Shown: piece after piece, positions 22,969 through 34,370 of the stretch
How positions within the stretch are numbered: the stretch's first letter is position 1
How the letters are laid out: every line of letters starts with the position of its first letter
NCBI GenBank assembly: GCA_905178155.1
Contig: CAJINV010000006.1
Location: forward strand, 1,067,516 to 1,115,826
From: Amoebophrya sp. A120
Lineage: Eukaryota > Protista > Dinoflagellata
Reading direction: 5' to 3'
Length of the DNA: 48,311 bases
Program-made: the position numbers and the translations under genes
The notes under the pieces: generated by a model
Told to the model about the DNA's origin: nothing
What the model saw: only the letters and a program-made list of their open reading frames with translations
The model's database searches: none

Positions 22969-23996
22969 GGTCGCGTTTGTGATTCTTCAAATTATTTAAG
23001 AATTTGTATACGAGGGTAGTTCTAGTTACAGCCTTTATGCTATACGCGTTTCTCGATCGTGAGAAGGCAGTAAAGGGACTTATTTCCAGCCACAATGCTA
23101 TGCTGAAAAAGAAAACTTCACAATGCTATGCTGACCGAAAACGTTTCTGAAGTTTCTGGAGTTAATTACAATAGCCGATAGAAGTTGCAACCGCGATACA
23201 AGCTGTCCAAGTCCAACGCAGCTGCAACGAGGAGGTGCAGGGTTCTTGCGATAGAAAGCTGCTGGCAGCGCCGCCTCGTCCGACTTACATGGTGATTTAG
23301 TGATCATTCCTACTGTAAGCTGCAGCTCATCTTCTACCCTCGAGTTGTGTGAAGTAGATCAGGCGAAATTAATAGTGTGATCTCCAAGAAGCAAGTAAAA
23401 ATGTTGGATAAAATCGATGCTGGTCTAGACACAACGACCCCAAGGCAAAAATCAGGCTAATCCCCTTGCTCCGCACGACAAATTCACCAGATTCCGCATT
23501 ACAAACTCACCAGATTCTATGTTTTTGGATCCATTGCGACGGTTCGAAATAAAAAGCGCCGCTGTCGTCGGTCGTTCTGAGGATCATCTGAGCGCTCTGT
23601 GACAGCGCTCGATGTCGATGAGGAAATGTTGCATGTTGATGCATTTTTAGTCGTGCCATTTCTTGTGTCTGATCATCAATTTCAGAGTCAGGTATTTTCG
23701 ATCTTCTGTACCTTCGAGTTCGAACACCAGTTGAAGTTCTTTTTGGCGAGTTTATCATCCGTTTTTGAGATTTCAATTTATCCACAAGTAGTTATTGTAT
23801 TATTTGAGGTTTTTAACACGCACGACGACGACACACAGCTACGATTTTCTTTGTTTTGCAATCGAGGATATTTTTCGAAACCGCTCTCACTAACCAGCGT
23901 GATCAGGTGGAATAGTATAGTGCTTCTGAGTTCTTCTTCTTCTTCTTGAGTCAAGCAGAGACGAGTTTTAAATAAATCAAAAAGAAAATCTAAATC

Positions 23997-24135
23997 ATGC
24001 CTCAGAAGTCCCTCATCATGAAGAAAATGTCAATCGATGCGTTTTCTTGCGTGAAGACGTGGTCCTCGTTTTCTTGCGTGAAGACGAGCGTTCGCGCAGT
24101 CCACCTTGCCAGTACTAGGGGGCCGCAGCAGCAGA
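23997..24135 (+). pseudogene. 5' fragment of the gene 5 family (paralog of 46633-47090)
   Basis: MKKMS...WSSFSCVKTSVRAVHLAS matches gene 5 after removing its first introner. Confidence 0.65.
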
Positions 24136-24139
24136 TAGT

Positions 24140-24202
24140 GTTTTCATCATGCACATTTTAGCATCACAAATTTTTCAGACCCAGACATTTTTGCACTTGA
24201 TA
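24140..24202. mobile_element. Right half of a family A introner
   Basis: CAGACCCAGACATTTTTGCACTTGATA with no partner left TIR. Confidence 0.7.
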
Positions 24203-24265
24203 TGAGAACACCTGGGACGAGCATGAGGAGCAGGACCATTACGCTAATTGCGAGTGCGACGCGTG

Positions 24266-24528
24266 TATCAAATGCAAAAATGTCTGGGTCGTCTGGAAGA
24301 ATGCGAGTTTGCCATGCTTGTTTGGCATGACTCGAGAATCTGTGTTGCATAGGCACGAAAAGGCCCTCACCCTCTTACGTGTCATGCAAAAACGCAGTTT
24401 GCCATGCGGAGTACGTAAGAAAGGGCAGCCACAAAATTTGTCATGCATAGCTGCGTATTGCAGTGCGTCTACCATTCATTTTAAGCATTACAAGTTTGCA
24501 GACCCAGACCTATTTTTTGCACTCGATA
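24266..24528. mobile_element. Introner family A
   Basis: DR GCGTG. Confidence 0.95.
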
Positions 24529-24594
24529 GCGTGCTGCGCGAGGAAGAAAAGGGGCATGTCCGCGTTTACCTTCCGCGATAAGTGGCGCTGCGAC

Positions 24595-24885
24595 TATCCG
24601 GAGTAAAATAAACGTCCCCACCCCAGAGTTGTCTTGCAGAATTGCAATGACAAGGAAATTTGTGGTGCGCATACCCATGGTAGACATCTCCGATCGTGTT
24701 TTGGAATTTGTGATGCTGTGAACAGGAAAGGCAGATGAATCTGTGAAGATTCGGCTGCACTTGCTAACCTGCACTACTACACTGCGGAGTGCAACTTGTC
24801 ATGCGTGACTCCCAAAACTCCTAGGCTTGTGCTGCAAAATAATCCCCATCCTGACTCTGGTGTGGGGACGTTTTTACTCAGGATA
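24595..24885. mobile_element. Introner family C
   Basis: DR GCGAC. Confidence 0.95.
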
Positions 24886-25669
24886 GCGACGAGATGGGGT
24901 TCTACTCGCTCGACGCCTATGCTGGCTGGATTTCCCCTGGTATCGAACGCACGTCCACATTTCCTCCTACCACCGGCGCAACCCCGAGGTCGACATCAGC
25001 ACAGTCACCGGAAACGCCGGCGCCCGGAGATCCGAAAATAGCCGAGCAGGCACCGGAGACGTCCCCGCCCGGAGGAGGCCCGACAACAACCAAAGCTGCA
25101 CCGGAGACGCCCCCGCCCGGAAGAGGCCCGACAACAACCAGGGCACCGGTGAGTGAAAATTATACCGGTGACAATGTCGACGCAACTACCGGGAACCAGC
25201 GGCAAGCACGCATATGACAAAGAATAAAAGAAATACTCTAGCACCACCAGCCTTGATGCAGAGCCTATGCCTAAGTAAAAAGCAGGTGCAGGCTTGTGGC
25301 CCCAGAACCTAAGCCAAGCCACAGGTTTTGGCATCGTGCTAGAGAACATCATCTGGTCAACATTTTTAGACGTCCGAGAGGAAGCAAAGAACATCAAGCT
25401 GTTGCATTTCGATGTTTGCGCTCTTGCCTTGTTACAACTGCCATAGAAAATAAATCTGCTGGCGTGTGCTGTAAAAGTCTATTGAAGATGTTGAGTAAAA
25501 AATTAAAAGAAAAATATACTACGTTTACAAAGATGCGAAGATAATAAATTTTTACCTTCAAGAACTACAAGTGGTGCTAGAGTCATTTGCTTGCATAAGC
25601 AGGAAGAGATGAATGGGACGACCGCCCGGCCCTGCGCAATGAACATCATGATGGCCGCAGCACTCCAAA

Positions 25670-25820
25670 TATCCACAGTAAATTTCCCGTACACGTACAA
25701 ATGCGGTCTCTGCATGACAAAACTTGGCTTCGATTCTAGCTTAACATGACAAGTTTTACGCTCCTAATTGGCGAAATTTGTGACGCGCCTTGTACATGTA
25801 CGGGAAATTTGTATTGCATA
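25670..25820. mobile_element. Introner family F
   Basis: DR CCAAA; absent from homologous segment ~29830. Confidence 0.9.
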
Positions 25821-25988
25821 CCAAACCAGGAAGGCGTTGCTGGCGTTGTCAGCACCCCGGGCGAAATACCTCTTGACACCCCCCAGCACTCGGAGCTGCC
25901 CGATGAAGCCAAGTGCTGCGCAGGGGCAGATCATGAACGCGTGTTGGTGTTGTCCGGAACAAGAAGGCCGTGACAGCGTTTTAATACC

Positions 25989-26126
25989 TATCCTGTGCAA
26001 AAGTATCGTACTCGTATTGCAATCATGCATTACAGGGCAAATCCCCATTACAAATTTTATTTCTGACGCTGAGGAAATTTGTAATGCATTTATACGAGTG
26101 CGATACTTTTGGTTTTGCAGCTCATA
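25989..26126. mobile_element. Introner family B
   Basis: DR ATACC/ATGCC; empty site TTAATACCATG at ~29990-30000. Confidence 0.9.
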
Positions 26127-27298
26127 ATGCCATGCACTTAGCTATCATGATGATGATCACGAACAATGCCACTTCTGTACTACCTGTACTAGATTTAAAC
26201 AAAATCTATAGCGTCTAGACCCTTCTCCTTCTCGTCTGCACCAGTGTAATTTTTCGTATCATTTTCCTTTTCATTTCACCCCAGCCCCACGGAACAGCTC
26301 CGTCCGACAACATTCCAGAACTTCCGTATATTAGATGTGCATCGTTTATACAAATTTTTTTCTTTAGAAGATTCTTTTTTTCGTCATTCACATTCAAATT
26401 TTTACATTCGACCCTTATCTTCCTATGTGTCGCACCATGATTAAATGTTGCCACTGAAGACTTTCTTACTCGTTATTGTCTTTCTGCAAACAACCATGAA
26501 GGAAGTAGTGCGTACATGTAGACCTCCAACTTCTAGTAGCCTGATTTCAATACCAGCTCCCCCGTCCTCGTGCTTTCCCCCTGCTTCCCCCATCAAGACA
26601 GAGACCTGAAATAAACGTGCGAACCCCGACAAGAAATAGCAGTTGTGACTTAGGGCCTGAGAAGATCACAGTTCCTAGTAAGCCTGCTACTTGACCGCAA
26701 CAAGATGCGACGTTCTGAATGTACCAGTATAATATGATCCGATCTGTGCGGTAGTGGTCCTCCTGGACAAGCAGAGCTACGATTTGTCGTGCTAGTTGTA
26801 TTATGATTATCATTTTGTGGTATTCTCAATATCAATTCTCGTGCTATATTTCGTTCTTTTCTGTCGTGCTGATGCTGAAGAGAAAATAAAATCGTGCTGG
26901 ATTCGTACTTTTCGAAGTTGTAATATTTGCGGCGGCGCCGCACCGGCGTGCGGTCATACTTGTTGTACTCCTGTCGTGCGGACCAATTTCAACAAGACCC
27001 ACAAGAAATGTCTTCCGTTTCTCGTTTCTCCGTTTCTCTCGTGTTGGTGCGTTGTAACGCTTAGTAAAAGTTGTAGTTAAATTTAGCACGACGCGACTTC
27101 GTCTTGTTTTCATCTCCTTCTCCAGGAAGTGGTTTTGTACACGAACCCGTACCTTGATTCCCGTGTTTTTGTTTCATCTTTTGCCTCATTCATTTTTCGC
27201 GAATTTTGATTTTCATTCACTAGACGTCACAAAAGGAAACGTCGGCAGCTTTGTAAGTACAACCGAACCTATTCTTGTTGCTCCGTGTAAGTATTCAT

Positions 27299-28885
27299 AT
27301 GATTTTTGTACCTGCAGCTCCCGCTAGTCCTTGTGCAAAAGCAAAAGGAAAAACGACCAGCATGATGTTCTCGTCCTCCACAACCGCCTTCCTTCGGCGT
27401 GAACAAGGCCCGTCCTCGCGCGGACGCTTCTGTCGCCGCGGCAGTTGCAGTTCATTGCCACAGTGGCTGGCTGCAGCTGGGGGTCTAGTTGCGATTTTTC
27501 TCGACAAGAGCGGGCTTCCAGGAGTGCAGGACGCCGTTGCGTTGTCGTTCATGACAAAGATGAAGATGAAACTGCACCAGCAGAGGAAGAAGTCCTCTGT
27601 TTCGGAGATGGAGCAGCTTCCTCGACGGAGGAGTCCAACAGGTACTGTAACATCAACTCCGGTCATGAACGAACAAGGGGACAAAAAGAGTCGGTCTCCA
27701 CCTGGAAGGAGCGGCTTTCTGGAACATCAAAGGCAGGGGCGCAGCACGAGAATAAAAAAAATGAAAGCGAAGTGTCATGGAAAGGAGCTGTTTGAGTACG
27801 TCGCGGCTGGAGGACCGCGTAACTACGATTACAGGCACGACGGCCATGGCATGGTAAAAAACGAGTGCAAACTTTGTCTCAAGTGCAGTGGTCGCAGCTG
27901 GCTGAAATACATCGATACCGCCACCGGACAGGCGACATCGTGGCAAATGAAGAACACGCCGCGCAACTGGAGGTGGGAGAAATACAGTTACTGTGCAAAC
28001 GGGGAAAACCACGGAGGGTGCCTCGAGAGCAATCTTGACGAGCTCTACAAAAATGGGTGGAACGAGGGGCATCTCACGTTCTTTGGAGATGCGCCGGACT
28101 ACGACCGGAGCCCCAACATTGTTGACAAAGACGGGCTCCACCACCTGGAGGGCAGATGCGAGGCGCGGACTGCGATGAAAAAAAGGGGACTTTCGGGTCC
28201 CTTACAGCAGCGCTTTGACAGCCATGCGTGGGCCACAGCTCCGAGCGGGGAGGGCATTGACTGGAAAACCAGAATGGCCCCCGTGGGGTGGCACAAGACT
28301 GCGGCCTGGGAGAACATCAGCAATGAACTGGAAGAGGCCGCGCAACGGCTGGGGGACAATTTCCTCGTTGTCAGCTTGTCAGCATTCGCTCCCTCCTGCG
28401 GTTCCCGTTTGTACTGCCGCGGCACCTCCGCCGGCTACACCTGGGATGATCACAGTGCCGCGGCCCGTTACTCCATTTGCGAGTGCGAGGCGTGCTGCGG
28501 GAGGACTGAGAGGGAAATGTCCTTGTTTAGCTTCCGCGATATGTGGCGTTGCGCCGAGATTGGGTTTTTCTCCCTCGACGTTTATGCCGGCAAGATTTCC
28601 CCTGATATCGAACGCACGTCCACATTCCCTTCTACCACCGCACCCCCGGAGACGCCGGCGCCCGACAAACCGAAAACCGCACCCCCGGAGACGCCGGCGC
28701 CCGAAAAACCGAAAACCGAGGCACCGAAGACGCCGGCGCCCGAAAAACCGAAAACCGAGTCACCGGAAACGCCGGCGCCTGCAAAACCGAAAACCGAGGC
28801 ACCGGTGAGTGAAAATGCTGGTGACAATCATGTCGACGCCAACGGGAACCAGCGAGAGCAGCTGCTGCAGCCTGCACGCATATGA
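27299..28885 (+). CDS. Gene 3: intron-free Cys/Trp-rich putative secreted protein with 13-aa Pro/Lys/Thr repeats
   Basis: Single ~528-aa ORF; hydrophobic WLAAAGGLVAIFL segment; APPETPAPEKPKT-type repeats x4 (~28640-28800); paralog of gene 2. Confidence 0.85.
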   Translation: MIFVPAAPASPCAKAKGKTTSMMFSSSTTAFLRREQGPSSRGRFCRRGSCSSLPQWLAAAGGLVAIFLDKSGLPGVQDAVALSFMTKMKMKLHQQRKKSSVSEMEQLPRRRSPTGTVTSTPVMNEQGDKKSRSPPGRSGFLEHQRQGRSTRIKKMKAKCHGKELFEYVAAGGPRNYDYRHDGHGMVKNECKLCLKCSGRSWLKYIDTATGQATSWQMKNTPRNWRWEKYSYCANGENHGGCLESNLDELYKNGWNEGHLTFFGDAPDYDRSPNIVDKDGLHHLEGRCEARTAMKKRGLSGPLQQRFDSHAWATAPSGEGIDWKTRMAPVGWHKTAAWENISNELEEAAQRLGDNFLVVSLSAFAPSCGSRLYCRGTSAGYTWDDHSAAARYSICECEACCGRTEREMSLFSFRDMWRCAEIGFFSLDVYAGKISPDIERTSTFPSTTAPPETPAPDKPKTAPPETPAPEKPKTEAPKTPAPEKPKTESPETPAPAKPKTEAPVSENAGDNHVDANGNQREQLLQPARI

Positions 28886-29128
28886 CAAAGAATACGCAAT
28901 ACTCTAGCAGCCTGCTGAAAGCAAAGCCTAAATAGCGAACAGGTTATTTGATGTGGCTCCATATAAGCCAAGCTACAGCTTTTGGCGTACCAGAGAACAT
29001 TTGGTCATCAACATCTGACGGACTAGAGGGACGAGCAAAGAACATCAAGCTGTTGCATTTCGATTTTTGCGTTGCGTTGTGACAACTACAACAGAAGATA
29101 AATTTGCTGTCGACGACGTGTGTAAAAA

Positions 29129-29655
29129 TGTTGGTCATGGAAATCGATCCCGCACACACGTAACACGATCGCCCCAAATGACGCCTGTTCCCAATGAAAT
29201 GACAGTTCTGAGTGACCTGAACTAGCTAGATCCTTAGGGAAATGGTCAGAATCTATCTAGATCCTAAAGGAATCTCTTCACCATGTTCCGCGAATCCCCC
29301 AAATACTACGAAGGCAAAGCCATCAGGATCGTAGTGAAATGAATGGACTCAGCTCGGTCCAGACGTTCAGAATGGTCGCCCTGGGGGACTTGACTCCCGC
29401 CAGGGTCGAGCACCAATCTGAGCAGGTTGAGGGATGGACTCCCATGCTGTTTTGCCACTTGACTCCGGACCCGATTGGTCCATATGAATCTGATGAATTT
29501 GGATGAATTGAACCTACAGGATGTAACGCAGCAAGAGACTTGCGTCACTTGCTTGCTTACTTGCAATTGAGAGAATTCATCGAATTGCTGTTGATAACGA
29601 GCTCAGAGGAGCAAGCGTGTGTAAGTGTGTGCGAGTGTTCTCAAGTCCATTAACA
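29129..29655. mobile_element. Probable solo LTR (527 bp)
   Basis: TGTT...AACA termini with ATGGA/TCCAT inverted motif; A-run TSD; absent from homologous segment at ~25470. Confidence 0.65.
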
Positions 29656-30972
29656 AAAACTCTATTGATGTTGAGGAAAAATAAATAGGAAAATTTTCCA
29701 TACAAAGACGCAGAGATTACGTGCAACAGGAACAAGTGGTGCTAGAGCGATTTGCTTGCATAACGTGGACGACCAAGTAGAGATCAACGGGACCGGTCTG
29801 CCCTGAGCAATGAAGATGATGGCAGCACTCCTCCACAACAGGAAAACGGTGGGGGTGGTGGCGTCCCGCACGAAAAGCCTCTACTTGACACCCCCCTCGA
29901 CTCGGAGCCGTCCGAAGCCAAGTGCTGCCCTTGAGAAGAGCATGATGAACGCGTGTTGGTGTGGTCCTGAAGAGGGCCGTGAGGACGTTTTAATACCATG
30001 TACGTAGCTACTTATCATGATCACGAACAAAAATGCCACCTCTGTACTACCTGTAGTGAACAAAATCAAAATCTAGAGCAGCTAGATCGTGCCTGTCCGC
30101 ACCAGTATATTTTTTTTGTATCCTTTTCATTTCACAATCACATTCACCCCACGGAACAGCTCCGTCCGACAACATTCCAGAACTATCGTCTAGATGTGCA
30201 TCGTTTGTACAGATTTTTTTCTTTATTTTAGATCGAACGACATAGACATCTTTATTTTAGATCGATCGGATCCTTTTTTTTCGTCACTCACATTCAAATT
30301 CTAATTCTCAACAATCGACTCTCAATAGTTTTAGTTGCCTATGTAAGAACACTACAACTGTGCTCCTTATGTGGAGCGTTTCACCCTGCAGACTGACATT
30401 AAACTGAGCTTTGCCGTCTGTTAGAACACGAAATACACCATGTAGGTCGGCGGGTGTGTCGACGACCTACGGTACCAGTATCCACGTAACTGTTTGAGCA
30501 TGGGGAAACGCACAGCATCATCATCGTCATTCGTCATCTCTCAGTTGCTCTACCTCTCGGAACATCGGGATTCCGCTCATGGAAGTGAAGGACGAGGACC
30601 TGATTTCATGATCGTGGGTTTCGAGTGGGATTTGGATCAGTACATGGTCGCCATGATCGCCATTAGTTACATGGTGATTTAGTGATCATTCCTACTGTAA
30701 GCTGCAGCTCATCTACCCTCAAGTATGAAGTAGATCAGGCGACATTAAGTAATAGTGTGATCCCAGTAAGCAAGTAAAAATGTTGGATAAAAATGTTGGA
30801 TAAAATCAGACCCGGTGGCAGGTCTTTTTCAAAAAGTGGTTTGCACGCAAGCTACGGGGCCCGTTGTCCGAAGCAAGCCGGCGCTTATTTCGTTCCGGTG
30901 CTTCTTCGGTGCGCGAGGCGCGGTCACTGAAAGCGTTCTTCTCAGAGGATCTTCTCGCCACCTCGAGCAAGT

Positions 30973-31127
30973 TGTGCATTGCAAAAGTATCGTAGTACAA
31001 CTCGTAGAAATGCATTACAAATTTCCTCAGGATGAGAGATAAAATTTGTAATGCAGATTTGCATTGGAAACAAGATCTGTAATGCAAGACTTGCATTTGT
31101 ACGAGTACGATACTTTTGCACAGGATA
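30973..31127. mobile_element. Introner family B (TGT start)
   Basis: DR CAAGT/CGAGT. Confidence 0.9.
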
Positions 31128-31245
31128 CGAGTGCACCACGCAAGACACCTTTCTCGAGAAGTACACTTTTGGCACCGATCAGAAGCAGTTCGCTTCCGCC
31201 TTTCTCGACACGTTCGAACGGGCTCTCGCGCGGCCGAATGCCGCA

Positions 31246-31560
31246 TATCACAATGAAAAACGCCCCCACCCCCGCACTTGGGAGCATTTGTATTGCAAAC
31301 CTTTCCAACAGAAACACTCGCCCTCTTGCATCTAGCAGCATCACAGATTTCCAGTCGTGAATTATAGCGAAGATTTGTATTGCAACAGATCCCAGCAAGA
31401 GCGGCGCTCGTCATGCGAGCAATGCTATATACGCCTAGACTCTGCATCACAAAGATAAAGATTCATTATTCCTTTCATGCATGACAAAAAGTTTTCATTT
31501 GGAAACGTCGCATCGCAAATTATTGCAACTTTCGGAGTGGGGGCATTTTTCACGGCAATG
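31246..31560. mobile_element. Introner family C variant (ATG end)
   Basis: DR CCGCA; frame restored. Confidence 0.85.
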
Positions 31561-32034
31561 CCGCAAGCTACAGATTCGGCGGCTCGGGGGAGCACAGCAT
31601 CAAATTTGGGCCGCAAAAGCCGGCTGAGTGGGTATGGTGGGGGCGAGAGGCATGTATGAGTTTTGCGATGTATTGGCGGAAAAACATCGCAAAAAATACA
31701 TCGCACATCGCACATCGTACATAGCCGCTCTGAGGATTACGGCCGTGGAAGTGCGTCCTGAAAGTATAATCCAACCGGAGCTGCTTTTGCGCGCCGCAGA
31801 GACAGGCGAACAGAAGGTGCAGGACCTGGAATTCCAGTTGTGCACAGCCACAGGAGGTAGCAGCTTATCTTCCAGCTGGTGTGAGTTGTTGGAAAAGAAT
31901 GGCGACTATGATGAAGAATGGCCAGCCGTTCTTCGCCTCGAAGTGACGCGAAGCAGCAGTAACTACGATCTGGACGGTCCCACGCGGTACGACCTCGCGC
32001 TCATTCTTGAGCTTGTATTGATAGAATACACATA

Positions 32035-32190
32035 TATATAATTCACTACTTAGGGATTCTATATAATTCACTACTTAGTAGTGAAAGTGATAGTGAAGGG
32101 ACTGATAGTGAAGGGAGTAATAGTGAAGGGACTGATAGTACTTAAAGTAGTTAGATAAAAGTGCGTGGTAAGTGATAGCGAAGGGACTTG
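32035..32190. repeat. Short tandem repeats
   Basis: TATATAATTCACTACTTAG x2; (G)ATAGTGAAGGGA-like x4. Confidence 0.8.
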
Positions 32191-32363
32191 TTTCTTTATG
32201 CAAGACAGCCAGATGAAGAAATTGAAATTGGTCTTCTACTTCTTCTTTACCTCGGCCCGAGCGACGCCGGGGCGGGGGCGGGTATTACAAAGGACCGGCC
32301 CTCGTACGCGTGTAACCCTTGGGCCGGCCCTGTAGTTGCTGCGCTACGCTAAGTACATACTTA

Positions 32364-32452
32364 TCGTAGCCATTTAATACTTTTACCTCAAGGTCGTGAA
32401 GGGGCCAGTTGCTCTTTCAGCTTGGGGCAAGAATCGAAAGCCAACTTTTTTC
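32364..32452 (+). ncRNA. Candidate variant/relic dinoflagellate spliced-leader RNA
   Basis: TCGTAGCCATTT-AATACTTTTAC-CTCAAG|GT versus DinoSL DCCGTAGCCATTTTGGCTCAAG; followed by stem-loop TGAAGGGGC/GCTCTTTCA and a T-run. Confidence 0.35.
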
Positions 32453-34370
32453 TGCTCGGCGCAGCGCTCCAACTATCAACTTACTTTGCAAAACAACTGT
32501 GACAGCAGCTTCAGGCCCAATTACTCAGGTTGACATGTAGAGAGGATTGGCAGTCATCGATTTATTACATCTATACGCGGACCTTTAAGGAGATTGTGTA
32601 TATGATTCTTAATGGTTGAGCACGAACTGCCTCTCCACGCAAGACAGATTCACTGGCTCCGCTCCTGTCTTTTTGAAAAATGTATGATGTTTGTTTTGGT
32701 CTACTTTTCTGCTCCTGTTTTTTTGAAAAATGTATGATGTTTGTTTTGGGAATAAGGGTCTGCTTTTTATCGTTTTACTAAATTTGTCATGCAAATTTGC
32801 CATTCGGCAACAAATTGCCGCTCTCGAAAAAAGCATGCTCCTACATCGGTGCTACATCCTGTATGATTTTCAATGGTTTATTTTCCTGGATCTTCGTGTA
32901 TGATTTTCAAATGGTGATTAGCGCGGCGTCAATCGCCATCGCATTTACCAACTATTCTCTTCATCGAGCATGACATATTCGCACTGTATACTTTTTGCTT
33001 TTCCAGCCAAATTGTCAAGGTATCGAATCGCCAAGATAGCATTACGAAGTCGTATCTTGCACTAGACCATAGGGGTTATTCTTATTAGAAGGAAAAATCG
33101 CATTACATCGTGGGGCAAAGTCGTTTTTAGCCTCACAAATTTGGGGACGGTTTTAAGGAAACGAAATGCACTAACATCGGGAAAGGAGATAAAGCATTGC
33201 GAAACCGCACCTAACTGCGGTCTAGTTGGTTTACTTGGGATAATATTCATCGCGTTCTAACCTCACCACTTCGAAACTAGGTCCTTCAAGACTGAACTGA
33301 TTCTCATGCAGAACAAGAGGAAAAAAATTGCTAAGATGATGTACATCAATTCCAGTCTGTCACATCAGGGAGAAAAGTCAGGTCTGGTGTAGTGACAAAG
33401 CTTCTATCTTTCCACACAACTCTACTACTGATTTGTCGGCGCTTGACACAGAGACAGATACTTACTGGCGCACGTGTTCGGTGGTTGTTGCCTTTAGACT
33501 GGGAAAAAAATCCAGTAAGCACTCCTGAGAGCCGCGGTTTGGTGCTGGCTAAAAGCGTCAGATGGCGATTTCGAGTTTCTTGCGGTCTACATTTGTTCAC
33601 ACTGCTATCATGCACCCATCGGGCAAATTCCTGCCGCTGCTCACAAGCGCATGTTCTCACGAAGGACGTCTGGATCGCACTCGAAGGCGATGCTGTGCGA
33701 CTTGATGCACCTGTATGAGTCGCCGCCCTAGTTGTGATCTACTACTTCTACTGTGTGAATACTGTGTGTAGTAACCCCGGAGGGAGGAGCGTCGCAGGCT
33801 CCTGTAGTTCATCAGTTCTTACTTGTTATGCACCATTTTGATTTTCTTTGGCAGTCAAACTGTTTTTTTCTTCCTCACTACTTCAACGACAGGAAATAAT
33901 GCTTATCGGTGTAGGTAAGTACTACTAAATCGGCAGCGGACAACATCTTTTTCATGAATAGTATAGACTAACGTTGTGCGGTTCATCGGCGATTCAGGAT
34001 CTCCGAACGCAGAAAGTCATTCGGTTCGTAGATATTGACAGTTTTCGTTTATACATCCGCTTGTCGGGAGCAAATTGAAATTCAGATTCGGGTCAGGTCG
34101 ATGCTGAAAACACGGAAATTAAAAGTAGAATCGGTTTTGTTCTTTATTATTTTCCATTTCCACCACGACCCGCAGCCACGGGCTATCGAAGCTACCAGGT
34201 AAATTATATTTTTCGGTTGTATGATCCACGCACGGCCACGGACGTGGTAGTCAAGTCTGTCTCTGTTTGTTGTACTACGCTGGCTTGGTATTGCTTTCTT
34301 ATTTCTTGCTATTGCTTGACAGTGACGCGCTTCGGTCGTATCTTGATGGTGTGTCGTCGGTTCCAACATG

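Larger units (their letters stand above)
24203..25217 (+). pseudogene. 3' fragment of the gene 2/3 family
   Basis: NTWDEH...CECDAC|CARKKRG...WRCD|EMGFYSLDAYAG...QARI*; 5' part missing. Confidence 0.75.
30810..32041 (+). pseudogene. 3' part of a gene 5 paralog (5' end missing)
   Basis: RWQVFF...PLSEASRR...FFSEDLLATS and QFASAFLDTFERALARPNAA align to ORF 47423 (RWHLFF...PLAEVSRR...QFASKFLATFETALKRPGAA); two introners plus probable GT-AG intron 31654-31724. Confidence 0.7.

Noticed and set aside
25560-26130. Small gene interrupted by two introners (homolog 29720-30010)
   Set aside because: No frame is convincingly conserved from start to stop in both copies; may be UTR or a decayed gene
32240-32345. 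U1 snRNA-like (TTACCT... plus GC stems)
   Set aside because: Lacks ACTTACCTG, the U1A loop ATTGCAC and a clear Sm site
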